The position numbers and the translations under genes were made by a program. Positions 40,621 through 53,985 of a stretch of DNA of 64,000 nucleotides are shown in pieces. Each line of letters opens with the position of its first letter. Position 1 is the stretch's first letter. Under the pieces are notes generated by a model. It saw only the letters and a program-made list of their open reading frames with translations, was not told the origin of the DNA and ran no database searches. Source of the DNA: Octopus sinensis (lineage: Eukaryota); assembly GCF_006345805.1 (NCBI RefSeq), contig NC_043009.1, positions 14,384,001 through 14,448,000 on the forward strand, given 5' to 3'.

Positions 40621-40910
40621 AACCATTATTTTAAGTCAGTTATATCGCATTTTATCCTGCATTAGTAACTATGGCCCGTTTTATTTAAAGACCGTCGCAC
40701 CCCGGTTGATTTCTCTTGCAAGTTGAATAACCCCCTAGAGGTCCTGTTGCGGCATGCCTCTGTGCTTTTTGTATTTCATCTTTTATTTTTGCTTTCTCTT
40801 ACTTGTTTCAGTTATAGCATTGCGGCTATGCTGGGGCACTGCCTTGAAAAGTTTAGTCTGAAAAACGCCTCGCAGTACTTGACTTTTTTAAAGTTTGGTA
40901 CTTGTCTTTC

Positions 40911-41192
40911 TGTATGTATTCATAAGGGCCGCTTTCCCGGTTTCCTTGGCGTATAGGTTCCCCACATGGACGTGACGCCGGTCCGTCGCAGGTGAGCTGC
41001 AAGATGCAGGAGGAAAGAATGAGAGAAAGTTGTGGCGAAAGAGTCAGCAGAAGTTCGCCATTACCTTCTGCCGGAGCCGTGTGGTGCTTAGGTGTTTCGC
41101 TCATAAACACACACATCAACCCGGTCTGAGGTTCGAACCCGCGATCCCTCGACCGCGAGTCCGCTGCTCTAACCACTAGGTCATGTGCCTCC
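40911..41192 (-). mobile_element. tRNA-derived SINE family B, tail type 3, with 11-bp TSD
   Basis: Head TGGAGGCACATGACCTAGTGGTTAGAGCAGCGGACTCGCGG...GGGTTCGAACC; TSD ACTTGTCTTTC at 40900-10 and 41193-203. Confidence 0.9.
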
Positions 41193-42689
41193 ACTTGTCT
41201 TTCGGGTATCTTTTGCCATTAAATTACTGATACGTAAACAATCCGACGCTGGTTATCAAGCGGGAGGGACAAACAGAAATACACATACACGCACACACAC
41301 ATTCATACGCACACATACGCGCACACACACACATATACACATTTCCATGTATGCAGATAAACATGCGTATCGATACACATACATATTGTTTAGACAAACG
41401 TGGTGTGTGCGGGGGCATTTGTCGGCCCGCAGCTGTAACAGAATAAAGTTGCCCAAAGAACCGCACAGTGTGACTGAATCAGAAACCATGAGCTTGCAAA
41501 ATGGTTCTTAATACCGCAGTCATGCTTTCGCCTATCTATTATGTCTGTATTTTGCTATTCGATTATTTTTTTAGTGGTTGCTGGTATTGAAATTACAGCC
41601 ATGCTTGAGCACCATCTGAATATTTTATTGACTCTATTAAACTCAGTACTTTATTCTCAGCAGTGGGACATCTATAGTGTGTGCCACCAGGGGCAGATCT
41701 TGTGTTTTACCCGCACCCATTACGGCCAACCCAGCCTATACAAGCTCATAGAACAGATCCGTAAGTGCTACCTTCTTAGAAACGTTGACTGAGACGGATC
41801 GGCCCTTCGTCTCCCTGTCACCTATGCTACTGGCACTCAGGTATATCTCTTTCTTTATCTAATGGTCCAACAATAGAATCCAATGACTGGATTCAGTAAT
41901 ATAGATAGTATTGTATGTCTTGGAATATGAGTGATTTTATGTCTATATTTTAAGTATTTTCTGTATCCAAATGTGTGTGTGCGCGTATCTGTGTGTCTGT
42001 GTGTGTTTCCGTGTATCTGTTAGTGTGCACCTATATGTGTTTTTAGCATACGATTGTGTATTTATATTTGTGTATGTATAAATGTGTACACATGTTAGAA
42101 CGTTATTACTTATATGGTTGTTTGTGCATAAATATATGCCAAGTGACTAAGGACCTAGTGGTTAAGGTGATCCGCTTACAATCATTATATCGTGGGTTGA
42201 ATTCTCGGATCGGGCAGCGCGCTGTGTCCGTGAGCATGGTACTTCATTTCGTATTGTCACATCTAAAAATAAGTGTCAGCTGAGTGTTGGGACTCCTGTC
42301 CTTGTTTGCCAGCTGATGTATCTTGGATATGCCACTTGGAGAGTCATAAGAGTCTTATCTGCTCGCAACTACAAATTCATCAAAAAACGATGAGTGAATG
42401 CACAGTACATGTTAACAAGCTATACTCGTCTATGAGTGTGTGTATATTTGTGAGTGTATGTGAGTTTTTGTATGAGTGTATCTTCTTGAATCTCTCAGAA
42501 ATATCTTGGTTATTGTGTTTACGCATGTATACCTGTGTATCCGAGACATTTATGCGCCATGTTGCTTTTCTATACGCTTTTCATTGTGTGTATATGTACT
42601 AGTGAGATAGGAAAATATATCAAATATCATTAAGTTCCGCCAATGTCAATGCGTTATGCTGTTTTCATTGATATATATATATAAGTAAA

Positions 42690-42772
<83 letters not shown>

Positions 42773-43724
42773 GTGAACTTTCATTTACATTTAGTTAATA
42801 TCTCATTAGGCTGTGTATTCGACAAACGCTTTTGTTTCTGAAGCATATATATATTGAGTATCACTACATATATATTGAGGTTATAACACACATGCTGAAC
42901 TACACCAGCGGCTAATGTAGAATTGTTTTCTCAAAATCAGTATTATTTTTAAATAGACCGGATTAATAACATGATTGAGACCACTAGTAGGTACCGGGTT
43001 TATGTGTATGACGCACTACAAAGGAAAGAAAATAAGAAATAATTGTGATTATATTTATATATCGGTACAACATGATCGAATGATCAAGAAATCTGCTTCG
43101 CATCCACGAAGTGCTATATTGGACAAACGCTGTTTTCTGTAGCTTTGGTTCCACCCAAATTGGGTAAATAAAAATTGTTAGCAGATACTATTCTTAGTTA
43201 AGTCCTATAAGGGAAAGGAATTTAAAAGACCCTAGTATATTTGTATGAATTAATATTAGGAAATCGTGTTCCCAAAGACCGATTTTTCGGCTGATTGCAT
43301 TCACTCTTGCCTACAAAATGTATTAGCAAACATTTTAAATCATTGATTTATGTTAAAAGATAACCATCTTACACAACAATATATTTTACACAATCTATAC
43401 TTCAAATAACATCCAAATATCTCTTAATCTCTTTCTGTTATGTGTAACTATTTATTCCACATTTGCTTGTAAATCCGACAGATAAACTTAAACATTTACA
43501 GCTCTATGTTATTATTCTTCATACTCCCCCTGTCTCTCTCTCACCCTCCCATCCTCTCTCTCATTTCTTTATTTCTCTTCCTCTCTCTTTCTCTGCCTCT
43601 CACACACACACTCACTCTCTCACATATAATGTATGTGTGTCCTTGGGCGCGTGTGCTCGCGTGAGTAGGTTCTTTGTTTCACGCTTCAGTTCCAAACTTC
43701 ATACATTTTTACCTTTTTCACTTT

Positions 43725-44065
43725 TATTTGTTTCAAGCATTTAATTGGGGTCATGCTGGGGCACCGTCTTGAGGAATTGTTAGTTGAATGAATCGACTCC
43801 AGTAAATATTTTTAACCTGGTACTTATTCTATCGGCTTGTTTGGCCGAACCGTTAAGTTACAGGGTCGTAAATACACCAGCAGCAGTTGTCAAGCGGTGG
43901 TGGGGGACGAACACAGATACAAAAACACTCACGAATGGACACACACACACACACACACACACACCACGCACGCACGCACACACACAAACACAGAGACAAA
44001 TCCATTCATAAAGGATTGAACGCAGAACCATGTGATTGAGAAGCAAACTTTTTACCACACAGTCA
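43725..44065 (-). mobile_element. tRNA-derived SINE family A, diverged, internally deleted copy
   Basis: Tail, internal CA repeat and part of the head align to 671-1070. Confidence 0.7.
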
Positions 44066-44331
44066 ACCTGCAACTTATATCATATCAAATAATTGCTTCA
44101 ATATTTTTTCTCTCATTTTTTTTTCTATTTTTATCATCCACCAAATAAAATAATTGCACAGCAAAACATTCTGCCTATACATTTGTGGCTGTCCTTTATC
44201 TATATGTTGTGCTATAATAATTATGATTTAATGAGATATCCCAATAATGCAGAGGAGGTGTCAGTTTATCTTTCAGTGCTTCAAAGTTTGATTGACAAAG
44301 AACTATATATATGTGTGTGTGTTTGTGTATG

Positions 44332-44370
<39 letters not shown>

Positions 44371-45637
44371 GCATCTTGAATCCATTAGTCGTCACGTCTG
44401 TTTCCATTACTCCATCTTATGTTTCGGATAAAATATTGATCTATAACAGAATACATGTAGGCAACAAAGCTAAAAACCATAATTCTCATAAACATACCTC
44501 CTTCCCATGAAACCTTAATTACACTCCCCACCTGTCCGATATTTTTTAATTATATCTTGAGACCATATACATATAATTAAGCAACTTTATAATTTTTATA
44601 AACCTGTTTTTTTTTTCGGTCTTAAATACTAAAGTCTTCATACCTCACAATTATTTTCAGAAAAATATAAACAACACAAAGCATTATATACATTAGTAGC
44701 ACATACGCTTTTAATACTTTTTATATCAAATCAGTTTCCTTGCATCATAACACGTGACCATGATTTGAAGTTTTTAATATTCTCCGACTATTAGAAATCA
44801 ATCTGAAGATTTTCTTTTACAGCTTAGCAGCTTACTTATTCTTAATATCAAGCCATATTCTAAAATGCATACCATCTGATTATAATTTGGTAATCTTAAC
44901 AGCACATTAATCTTGTGTCTAAATCCAGTCATTCTCCTCACTCTTAATTTTTTCAGCTAAAATATGTTTTCTCTATAGCTCTTATACCGCATTTCTACAT
45001 TACACACACAAATCCGGAGAGATATACATCATCTGACAGCTTTCCTGCTTTAAACTTCTAAATACTTTCAATTTATCAACCATAGCCATGCTTAAATACT
45101 ACGAAAAAATTTCTTATTTATTTTCATTTAGGGGATATTGTATTTATAACTACTACGTGCCCCCGCATTTCCCCATTAATAGTACATCATATCGTATTTT
45201 TGTATTGTTATATCTGTTCAACAATACTGCATTCTTAAAACATAGATTGAGATACCCAGAACAAATACTTTTGTCGAATTATGTATGCTACATCTATTTT
45301 AAATATCTTAAATACAGTTATTTCAGCTATACAGACATCTTTTATTATCTCTGAAAAATACTAACAATATGTCATAATTGATATATTTCTATTAATAATC
45401 AGAAATACAAAACCTCACTCCATTTAACCGGTATATACTAAAATCCATTTCTCCAGCTTCAAAAAGGAAATAAAGAAAACTTCAACAATTTCTCAAATTA
45501 TCCCAATATAAATTTGTGTAGAACAGAAAATACGAGTGAACAATACAGTGCTGTTACAAATTTAGATTTAGTCTTAATGAGACAGAGTAATCAGTTTTGT
45601 AAGTACCTAACTGTTAATATGTAGTTTAGTTCCTTAC

Positions 45638-45701
45638 AAAGTCAGTCTCATAGTTAAACCAGGAGCAAGCGAGTTTCTTGTCATGTACACAATGTGGGAC
45701 G
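45638..45701 (-). CDS. Candidate exon (VPHCVHDKKLACSWFNYETDF)
   Basis: Strong acceptor CTTTGTTCCTTCACAG| and donor TTT|GTAAGG; phase 2 to 0. Confidence 0.2.
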
Positions 45702-47816
45702 CTGTGAAGGAACAAAGTTCCAAGGTACGGGCCGTAATAACGGAAGAAGACAAGCTGTAGCAGGTGTTAGAGTTTAATGGGTTGCTTTTTACTGAAGCCA
45801 GTAATTTGGAATTTTTTGGATAATGACAAACGCATTACAGTCACGGCCTTATTTGAAAATATTGGTAATTCAACTTTTGCAGATGGCATCAGATAACGAA
45901 GTCTTCGGCAACATGTAACAAATGTTCTATCCATGTGGTGTTCGAATGGAGAGACTTGCTTCAGGAGAATATTCCATCATTAAATTGTTGAATATCAAGA
46001 AGAGTTCCTCAGCAATATTGGCCACTGGATATCGAACCTTATTTCTTTGATAAATTTGTTTAGCCAAGCTTATAGTCATTTGCATAACTGAAATATATTC
46101 ATTTAATCTTTCATTTAACAGAGAAAGCTGTTTTAGTAGATCTACGTGTAAACACTCGAGAGTCTCAGTTTTTGAAAACAAAACGTATAACTATATAGAT
46201 ACTCGGCTTTAAAACAATTTCAAAACATTCTCGTTGTATTCAGCTGCTAATGTTTTGTGTAATAACTATGCAGATTAACAGGGTACGATTATATGAGACC
46301 CATCAATTTAAGCACGCTCTTAAGGTTTAATAGCTTGGATACGTGTCTGCTGCAGTAACACACGAGAACTACAGGTCTGACAGCACGACCGAGAATACTT
46401 CCAAACGAAACTAAACTAAACTATGCTAACTTAACCAGAGTTGATCCCATGATATGTGCCAAATCAACCGTTTTGAGTAACAAATTGAATTCCAAAAGTA
46501 GATTGTTGTTTTTTACGCTCATATCACTACACATTATGTCCTCAATATTTCCTATTGGTTCCATCATGTATTTTAAGTTGCTGAATTGAAAATAAAGAAC
46601 GAAGACGACACGATCCGAAGAACTTGTGCAAGAGTTAACATTTATGTATTTATTTATTTATTCATTTTTGCTTAAGCCTGCTTCCTTCAAAGAATCATAT
46701 TGAATCACCGGAAGTAGAGAGAGGCTTGAGACAGTCAGCTCTCCTCGCTGCACTAGTTGCTATGATGCAGCGAAAATCACTTTCTGAACACCAGATACGA
46801 TATTTGTCTTGAGTTGGGAATCCTTTCTTTAACATTACAATTATTAGTAAACTTACAAGTGTGAAGCGCATGGATGCTCTTCAAATATATCTTTCCTTTT
46901 AATATTGTACATTATATTTGTGTTCCTCCCATTTCTTAACTTTGGAAGAGTCATTTTTGTCCTTGCTCGGACGATTCACAAGCTGAAGACTGGTACTTTG
47001 CATAAATAGATGGCAGCCAACGACAATACATAGATAACTAAATATATATACACGCTTGAAGATAAGCTTGACTTTGTGAAAAGAAATGTACTTCCTAAGC
47101 ACATAACTGCGGGTCCAGTCCCACTGCATGGCACCTTGGGCAACTGTATTCCAGGACCGACCAAAAATTTGTGAGTGGATTTGGTTAAGGAAACCGAAAG
47201 GAGCTATCTTTTACACACACACACACACCACACACACACAGTGAGCGATAGAATAACGATTTATTCTAGTATTCATAAGATTGAAGTCTTATGACTGAGG
47301 AAAGGGTAAAAGATATACGTGTACATATATATTATTTATCTTTTCTTAACAACGTATAAATGTTTATATCTATCTATCTATCTAGAATGAAGGAAATGGG
47401 AGTTGTTAATTATGAAGTGAGGATAATTAGTTCCCTGAAGGTGGCTCCAATTCTAAGAACCCTATTAATCTCTAAATTTCTGTGATCTGGTTAAATGTAC
47501 GTTATTTTGGCAAATTCATTCCGTCAACTGAAATGGTGGCAGAATCAGCGAAAATGTTTTGCTCCGTGGATTTTAAAATATGTTAAATCATTTGAAATCG
47601 TAAAGTTCATGTATTCATCTTAGGAAAACGGTGTCTTTATAATGATATAAGCGTACTCCTTAATCAATTAAAGGAGTCGCTAGAAACGGTCGTAATGAAT
47701 TGACACCTGTCTTTCAATTGTAATTTATATTTTATTCAACTACCCCGGAATATGCTCTTCACAAATCTTGAAGTATATTATGGACTGCATATTTAATAAA
47801 ATGTACATGTCTGAAT

Positions 47817-48268
47817 GTTAGCCGTATGGAAGATGGCAGAATCCCCAAGGACATACTCAATGGAGAGCTTGCTAGGGGCACTAGGTCTGTGCGAAGACTG
47901 TTCTTACGATACAAGGATGTTTGCAAAAGGGACATGAAGGCCTGCAACATCAATATTAGCAACTGGGAAGCAGTTGCCAGCAACCGTGGAGATTGGCGAC
48001 GTATCGTAAAAGAGGGAATACAAAGGAGTGACAGAGAGAGAGAGGAGAAATGGAAAGACAAGAAAAGACGTCAACAAGAAACTATGACATTACAACCAGC
48101 CAGGCGAAGTCTTCGCTACGTTTACGGCACCTGCCAGAGGGAGTGTTTGTCCAGGATAGGACTACACAGTCACAGCAGGAGATGCATTAGGACATGAAAT
48201 GTAAAAGCCGGACTAGATTATTTTATGCGCAACTCCATTGTCTCCCGAGACAAAAAGGATGCCAACAC
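47817..48268 (+). mobile_element. RTE-clade LINE, 5'-truncated copy with 11-bp TSD
   Basis: ORF RMEDGRIPKDILNGEL..RYKDVCKRDMK..WEAVASNRGDWR..CLSRIGLHSHSRRC is a typical RTE C-terminus. 3' end TTGTCTCCCGAGACAAAAAGGATGCC; TSD CATGTCTGAAT at 47806-16 and 48269-79. Confidence 0.9.
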
Positions 48269-48492
48269 CATGTCTGAATAGCTCAAGAACGGATTATATA
48301 CCAAGCTTGGTCAAATTGTGTGAAGGCATTACAAGAATATCATTCTGTCGGTACTTCTTTCCCAAAGTTGATATTTACATAATATTGTTGAGTCTGTATA
48401 TTATTCCAACCTAAGGAGGTGCTTCAACTTAAGTATCTAATTCAACTTAATCTTACTTATACTATATATACATATACTTACTTTTTTATTCG

Positions 48493-48858
48493 TTTACTTG
48501 TTTCTGTCATTTGATTGCAGCCATGTTGGAGCGCCGCCTTTAGTAGAACCAATCGACTCTAGGATTCTTTGTGAGCCGGTCTTATTTGCCATCGGCCTTA
48601 TTTGTCGAACTGCTAAGTTACGGGTACGTAGACACACCGTCTGTTGTCAAGTGATGGCGTGAGGACACACACAGACACACGCCGATAAATATATACACAC
48701 ACACATATATATACGACGGACTTCTTTCAGTTTCCTTCTATCAAACAAACTCACAAGACTCTGGTTGACTCGAGGCAATAGTAGAAGCGTAAGGTACCAC
48801 GCAGTGGAACCGAACCCGGAATCATGTGGTTTGGAAGCAAGCTTCTTACCTCACAGCT
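48493..48858 (-). mobile_element. tRNA-derived SINE family A, diverged copy
   Basis: Colinear with 671-1070. Confidence 0.8.
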
Positions 48859-48906
48859 AGGCCTTCGTCTATAGCTTTTTACAACAAGCCACGCTGCACC
48901 GATATC

Positions 48907-48937
<31 letters not shown>

Positions 48938-48952
48938 ATATATATATATGTA

Positions 48953-48986
<34 letters not shown>

Positions 48987-49015
48987 TATATATTATATAT
49001 ATATATATATATATA

Positions 49016-49058
<43 letters not shown>

Positions 49059-49127
49059 ATATATGATAAAAGTGGTAAAACAATAAAAGAATGAAAGAGA
49101 CCTCGATATTATGTAAATAGAGGAATT

Positions 49128-49165
<38 letters not shown>

Positions 49166-49377
49166 AATATATATATATATTATATATTTATATATGTATA
49201 TATGCATATATTTGTACATATTTTATTTATATTATACTATATATATTATATAATATATTATATATATATTATATATGCATGTATATTATAGGGGCGAGTT
49301 TACGAAAAAACAAAAGACGAAGACAGGTGGTGTACAAAACAAACAGATGTTTAATATAACGTCAGGAATAGAAAAAA

Positions 49378-49417
49378 GTCTTTTACGTTTCGAGCCTACG
49401 TCTTCTACACAAAAGAC
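49378..49417 (-). ncRNA. Degenerate hammerhead-like motif within a short interspersed repeat (~49270-49470)
   Basis: GTCTTTT..TAGAAGACGTAGGCTC-GAAA-CG-TA-AAAGAC: the GAAACGTA half and stem I are present, but the CTGANGA core and stem II are mutated. Confidence 0.35.
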
Positions 49418-49504
49418 ACAGAAAAAACAAGGAGAGAAAAAATGTGTGTAGTGGCTAACGATCTATCATGGCGACTATATATATATGTATATATAATATA
49501 GATA

Positions 49505-49563
<59 letters not shown>

Positions 49564-49988
49564 ATATATACACGCACACATATAGTGTATATTTCGGATA
49601 GTCATTTTCTTTTGCCAAATATACACACGCACTACATATATCCGTTCTTCACGCATGTTATGTCCATTGTGTGGAAATCTTTCTTCATCCATCTGCGACC
49701 TCTTCGGCGACTCTTCCATCTTCATGTTTTCCCCCTGCTCTGTTTAGTCCATTATATAAACCACGTACACATACTCAGACATGTGTATACAAGTGTATAT
49801 ACAGAGATAGTATGCCAACGAGCTAACTAGCTAGATAAGACTGACAGAGAGATAGATAGACAAATAACACTGATAAAAAGCGGTAGTTGAGGAAACCTAT
49901 CCTAAATAGATAAGAATTACATGCGTTCTCGTACGTATATAGAATTATCTATGTGGCTATATATATATGTATATATATCTATATATCT

Positions 49989-50068
<80 letters not shown>

Positions 50069-50081
50069 ATATATATATCTA

Positions 50082-50177
<96 letters not shown>

Positions 50178-51737
50178 TATAGTATAAGTGCATTGAAATC
50201 CTATGTTGATAACCATTCAAGCAATGACCATGCGATGAAAAGAAATATTATTAGATACCATCCTGTCTTCTAAAAGCACGAAACTTGGCTGTTATGTGTA
50301 GTAAGTCAGACGACTGCCTAGTGACACGTTCGTTGGCTGTTTTCCTTCAGTTCCTGGTCAGCCCTGATGGAGGAGATATTTAGTCAAACATATTCTCTAA
50401 ATAGCCACCACGTCTATTTTAGGTATATTTATCGCTACGTTACGTAATATTTCCCATCTTTATCTAAGACGGTAGAGTGTAATTTGAGAGAAATTTCTTT
50501 GCTATGTCTTTCGCAGGCGAGTAGCTGTTAGGTGTCTTTGTTGTGTGTGTTGTGTACATATATATATATATTATTTATATGTGTGTACATATACATGCAT
50601 ATATGTATGTATATATAACACGCACATACATTCTCCTCGCACACATATGCGCACACACCTATATATATATATACAAGCAGCCTGTGTGTTAAAAAGTCTG
50701 CTTTCCGACTTCTAAGTTTCGGGTTCATTCCTCTCATCTTCAGCATGTCTCTTCTTTACTGCCCCTGACCGGCAGAAGCCTTGTGAAGCCTTGTGAATTG
50801 ATCTGAACTGCGGAAAATGAGGGAAGACCATTGCGTGCTCTGTGTGTGTGTCTGACTGTCTGTAACTCTCGTCTAACGCACGACAGCCTGTTCGATTTCC
50901 CCTTCATGGCGATGCCCCAGCATGGCCACATTCCAATGACTGAAACAAGTAAAAGATTGAAGATAAGATAATTTTGTGTGTGTGTGTGCTTGGTATACGA
51001 GCTTGTGTCTACGTATATTTTATAGCAGAACGTGCTCGTTATGTAGGTGTCTATGTTAGTGTGGTGTTGTGTGTGTGTGTGTGTGTGTGAGTGTTTGTGT
51101 GTGGGTGTGTAATATCTCTGAACGAAGTATCTGTGTGAGTATGTATTCACTGTTTGTGTGCGATTCCTGTGTCTGAAGCGTGTTGGTCAATGTATGCGAA
51201 TCTCTATGCGTGTATATGTTTGTGTGTGTGTGTGTATGAGTTTGTGTGTGTGGGTGTCTGTGTTTGTGTATGTGAGTGAGTCTGTTTGCGTGTATGTGTA
51301 TTTATGTGTGTGTGTGTGTCTGTGTTTGTGTATATATGTGAGTGTGCTTGTTTGTGTATTTGTGTGTGTGTACGAGTGTGTGTATGTGTGTGTGTTTGTG
51401 TTTATGTGTACTTGTGTGTATGTGTATTTGTGTTTGTGTATGTGTGTGTGTAAGTGCATGTGTTTCTGTGTGTCTGTGAACGCATCTTCGTGGTGTCAGT
51501 ATGTGCATGGGTGGTCATGTGTATGTGATTATGGACAGTTTACGTACGATGGCTGCATGTGATGTGTGTATATGTGTGTTTGTAATTTTGTGTCTAATGC
51601 CTGCTTACATATTTGGTAAGAGTATGTATATGCATGTATATGTATGTCACTGTGTGAGTGGATGGTCAATGTGTATTACATGTATGCACGTCTGCATGGT
51701 TCTGCGTATATGTGAGCTACGTGGTGTATGTGGTATA

Positions 51738-51972
51738 GGCGGCGAGCTGGCAGAAACGTTAGCATGCCGGGCGAAATGCTTAGCGGTATTTCGTTTGCGT
51801 TACGTTGTGAGTTCAAATTCCGCCGAGGTCGACTTTGCCTTTCATCCTTTCGGGGTCGATAAATAAAGTACCAGTTACGCACTGGGGTCGATGTAATCGA
51901 CTTAATACCTATGTCTGTCCTTGTTTGTTCCCTCTGTGTATAGCCCCTTGGGGGTAGTAACGAAATAGGTAT
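51738..51972 (+). mobile_element. tRNA-derived SINE family C, full-length copy
   Basis: GGCGGCGAGCTGGCAGAAACG...GAGTTCAAATTCC...GCCTTTCATCCTTTCGGGGTCGATAAATAAAGTACCAG; matches 40233. Fragments also at ~12720-12830, 57250-57600 and 58110-58730. Confidence 0.8.
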
Positions 51973-52700
51973 ATGCATGTTTGTAATGCGGCGTGTATGC
52001 GATATATATGTGTATAGATGTGTATGTGGATATATGCATGTGTGCGTATGCGCTCGCATGTGCATGATGTGTATGTGTGTGTGTGTGTGTGTGTGTTTGA
52101 TGGGACGAGTGTGCGTGTCTCTGCGCGCACATGAATGCGAGCGTTCGCTATAGACGGGTTGATACGGAAATAGACGAGGGGGTGGTTCGTAGAATTTGAG
52201 ACGTATCGAGGAAGGCGCAATGAAAAGAGAGAGTGAGAGGTTTCAAAAGAGACGTCAGAGGTGGAGGAGAGGATAATCGATGAGTGTAAAACAAAGAGGG
52301 AGGAGGTGGGGAGAAGAGAACTAAAGAGGGAAAGAGTTGTATAGAAGTGGAGAAGGAGGGGTAAAGAGAAAGTAGGAAAGGTGTGGGTATGTGTGTTTGT
52401 GTGAGTTTGTGTGTGTAAATATATGTGTGTATCTATGTTTATATGCATCTATGTATGCATGATGCGTATGTACGTGTATGAAAGCATGTGGATGAGGTTA
52501 ATGTATACAGTAGCATGCGCATACTTGTTTAGGATGCAACTCGTACAGGTGCAAGAAGACAAATGCTGAAACGCGCACAAGCACATGCATATAAAGAGAG
52601 AGAGAGGGGGGAAAGAGAGAGAGAGGGAAGGGAGACAGAGTGAAAGATTGAGGGAGAGAGAAAGAGGTGGAAGGGAGAAAATGCAAAATGTGTGTATGTG

Positions 52701-52750
<50 letters not shown>

Positions 52751-53108
52751 TATACACACACACACACTTATATATATATTTATATGTATACATGTATGTA
52801 CACATACACGTACACACACACAAATATGTATTTAGATCTTTAGATATTTGCATAAACATCTTTATATATATATATATATATACTATACATCTACCCTCTT
52901 TGTAATGTTGGCAAATGAAATAAGTATAAAAATGTACATTGTCTATTTAATTATTAAAATTCTCTATGTGGCTGAAGATCGCTCGCCATTTTAAAACTGA
53001 CGTAATACTTACATTGTTTAATAAAATGAAGTAGCATGAAACGATTGTACTACACTATCTTTGATATACTTGTTGCTTATTTTGATTATATATATATACA
53101 CATACACA

Positions 53109-53488
53109 CTAGCTTAAAAGCCGCTCGATAGGGCGGCTTTTAATCTAACATGTAGCTTTTTAAGTAACTAACCCCGAATGGGAAGATCTACAAACAGATC
53201 TCTGACTTGTTTTGGAGAATTTATTGCAATCGCATCCTTCGGAGTCATATCCCAATCATGATCATCTTCGTCGCTAAAAACCGTAAAAAAAAAAGAAAAT
53301 ATATCGCTGAAAACAATCGAGTAATGAAAACATAGGAATCCAAAATTTCAGGATTGCCGGTGCGGAATGTCTTTGATTTACTCACGGATTGAGCCTGATT
53401 TCAAAATGGTATGTTATGTTGGACTACGGCCTCTAGGAATAGACTTGAAAAAGTGCGACACATTAATACTTATGTTTATTATATCAGA
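53109..53488 (-). mobile_element. Short non-autonomous Helitron
   Basis: Minus strand: A|TCTGATATAATAAA 5' end; 3' GC hairpin TAAAAGCCGC-cctatcga-GCGGCTTTTA, then AG-CTAG|T. Inserted between A and T with no TSD. Confidence 0.7.
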
Positions 53489-53534
53489 TATGTTTAATTT
53501 TGGGAAAACCATATTTCAATTAAAGTGTATTTTA

Positions 53535-53565
<31 letters not shown>

Positions 53566-53604
53566 ATATATGTACACACGCACACACACAAACTCACAAA
53601 CATA

Positions 53605-53783
53605 TTTTTACTTGTTTCAGTCATTTGACTTCGGCCATGCTGCAGCACCGCATTTAGTCGAACAAATCGACACCAGGACTTATTCTTTGTAAGCCTAGCA
53701 GTTATTCTATCGCTTCTTTCTGCCGAACTGCTAAATTACGGGGACGTAAAAACACCCTAACATTTGTTGCCAAGCGATAGTGG

Positions 53784-53821
<38 letters not shown>

Positions 53822-53985
53822 GACGGGCTTCTTTCAGTTTCCATCTACAAAAATCCACTCACAAGGCTTTGGTCGGGCCGAGGCTAAAGGAGAAGACACT
53901 TGCCCAAGCTGCCACGCAGTGGGACTGAACCCCGAACTATGTGGTTGGGAAGCAAGCTTCTTACAAAGCAGCCAATCCTGCGCCT
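53605..53985 (-). mobile_element. tRNA-derived SINE family A, full-length copy
   Basis: Colinear with 671-1070. Confidence 0.85.

Noticed and set aside
44500-45500. Possible ancient LINE on the minus strand
   Set aside because: Only a faint KAGK..D-like string; not enough to call.
50705-50745. Minus-strand CTGAAGA...GAAA-CTT-AG-AAG-TC hammerhead-like string
   Set aside because: Neither stem I nor stem II can pair, and it overlaps a decayed SINE head on the other strand.
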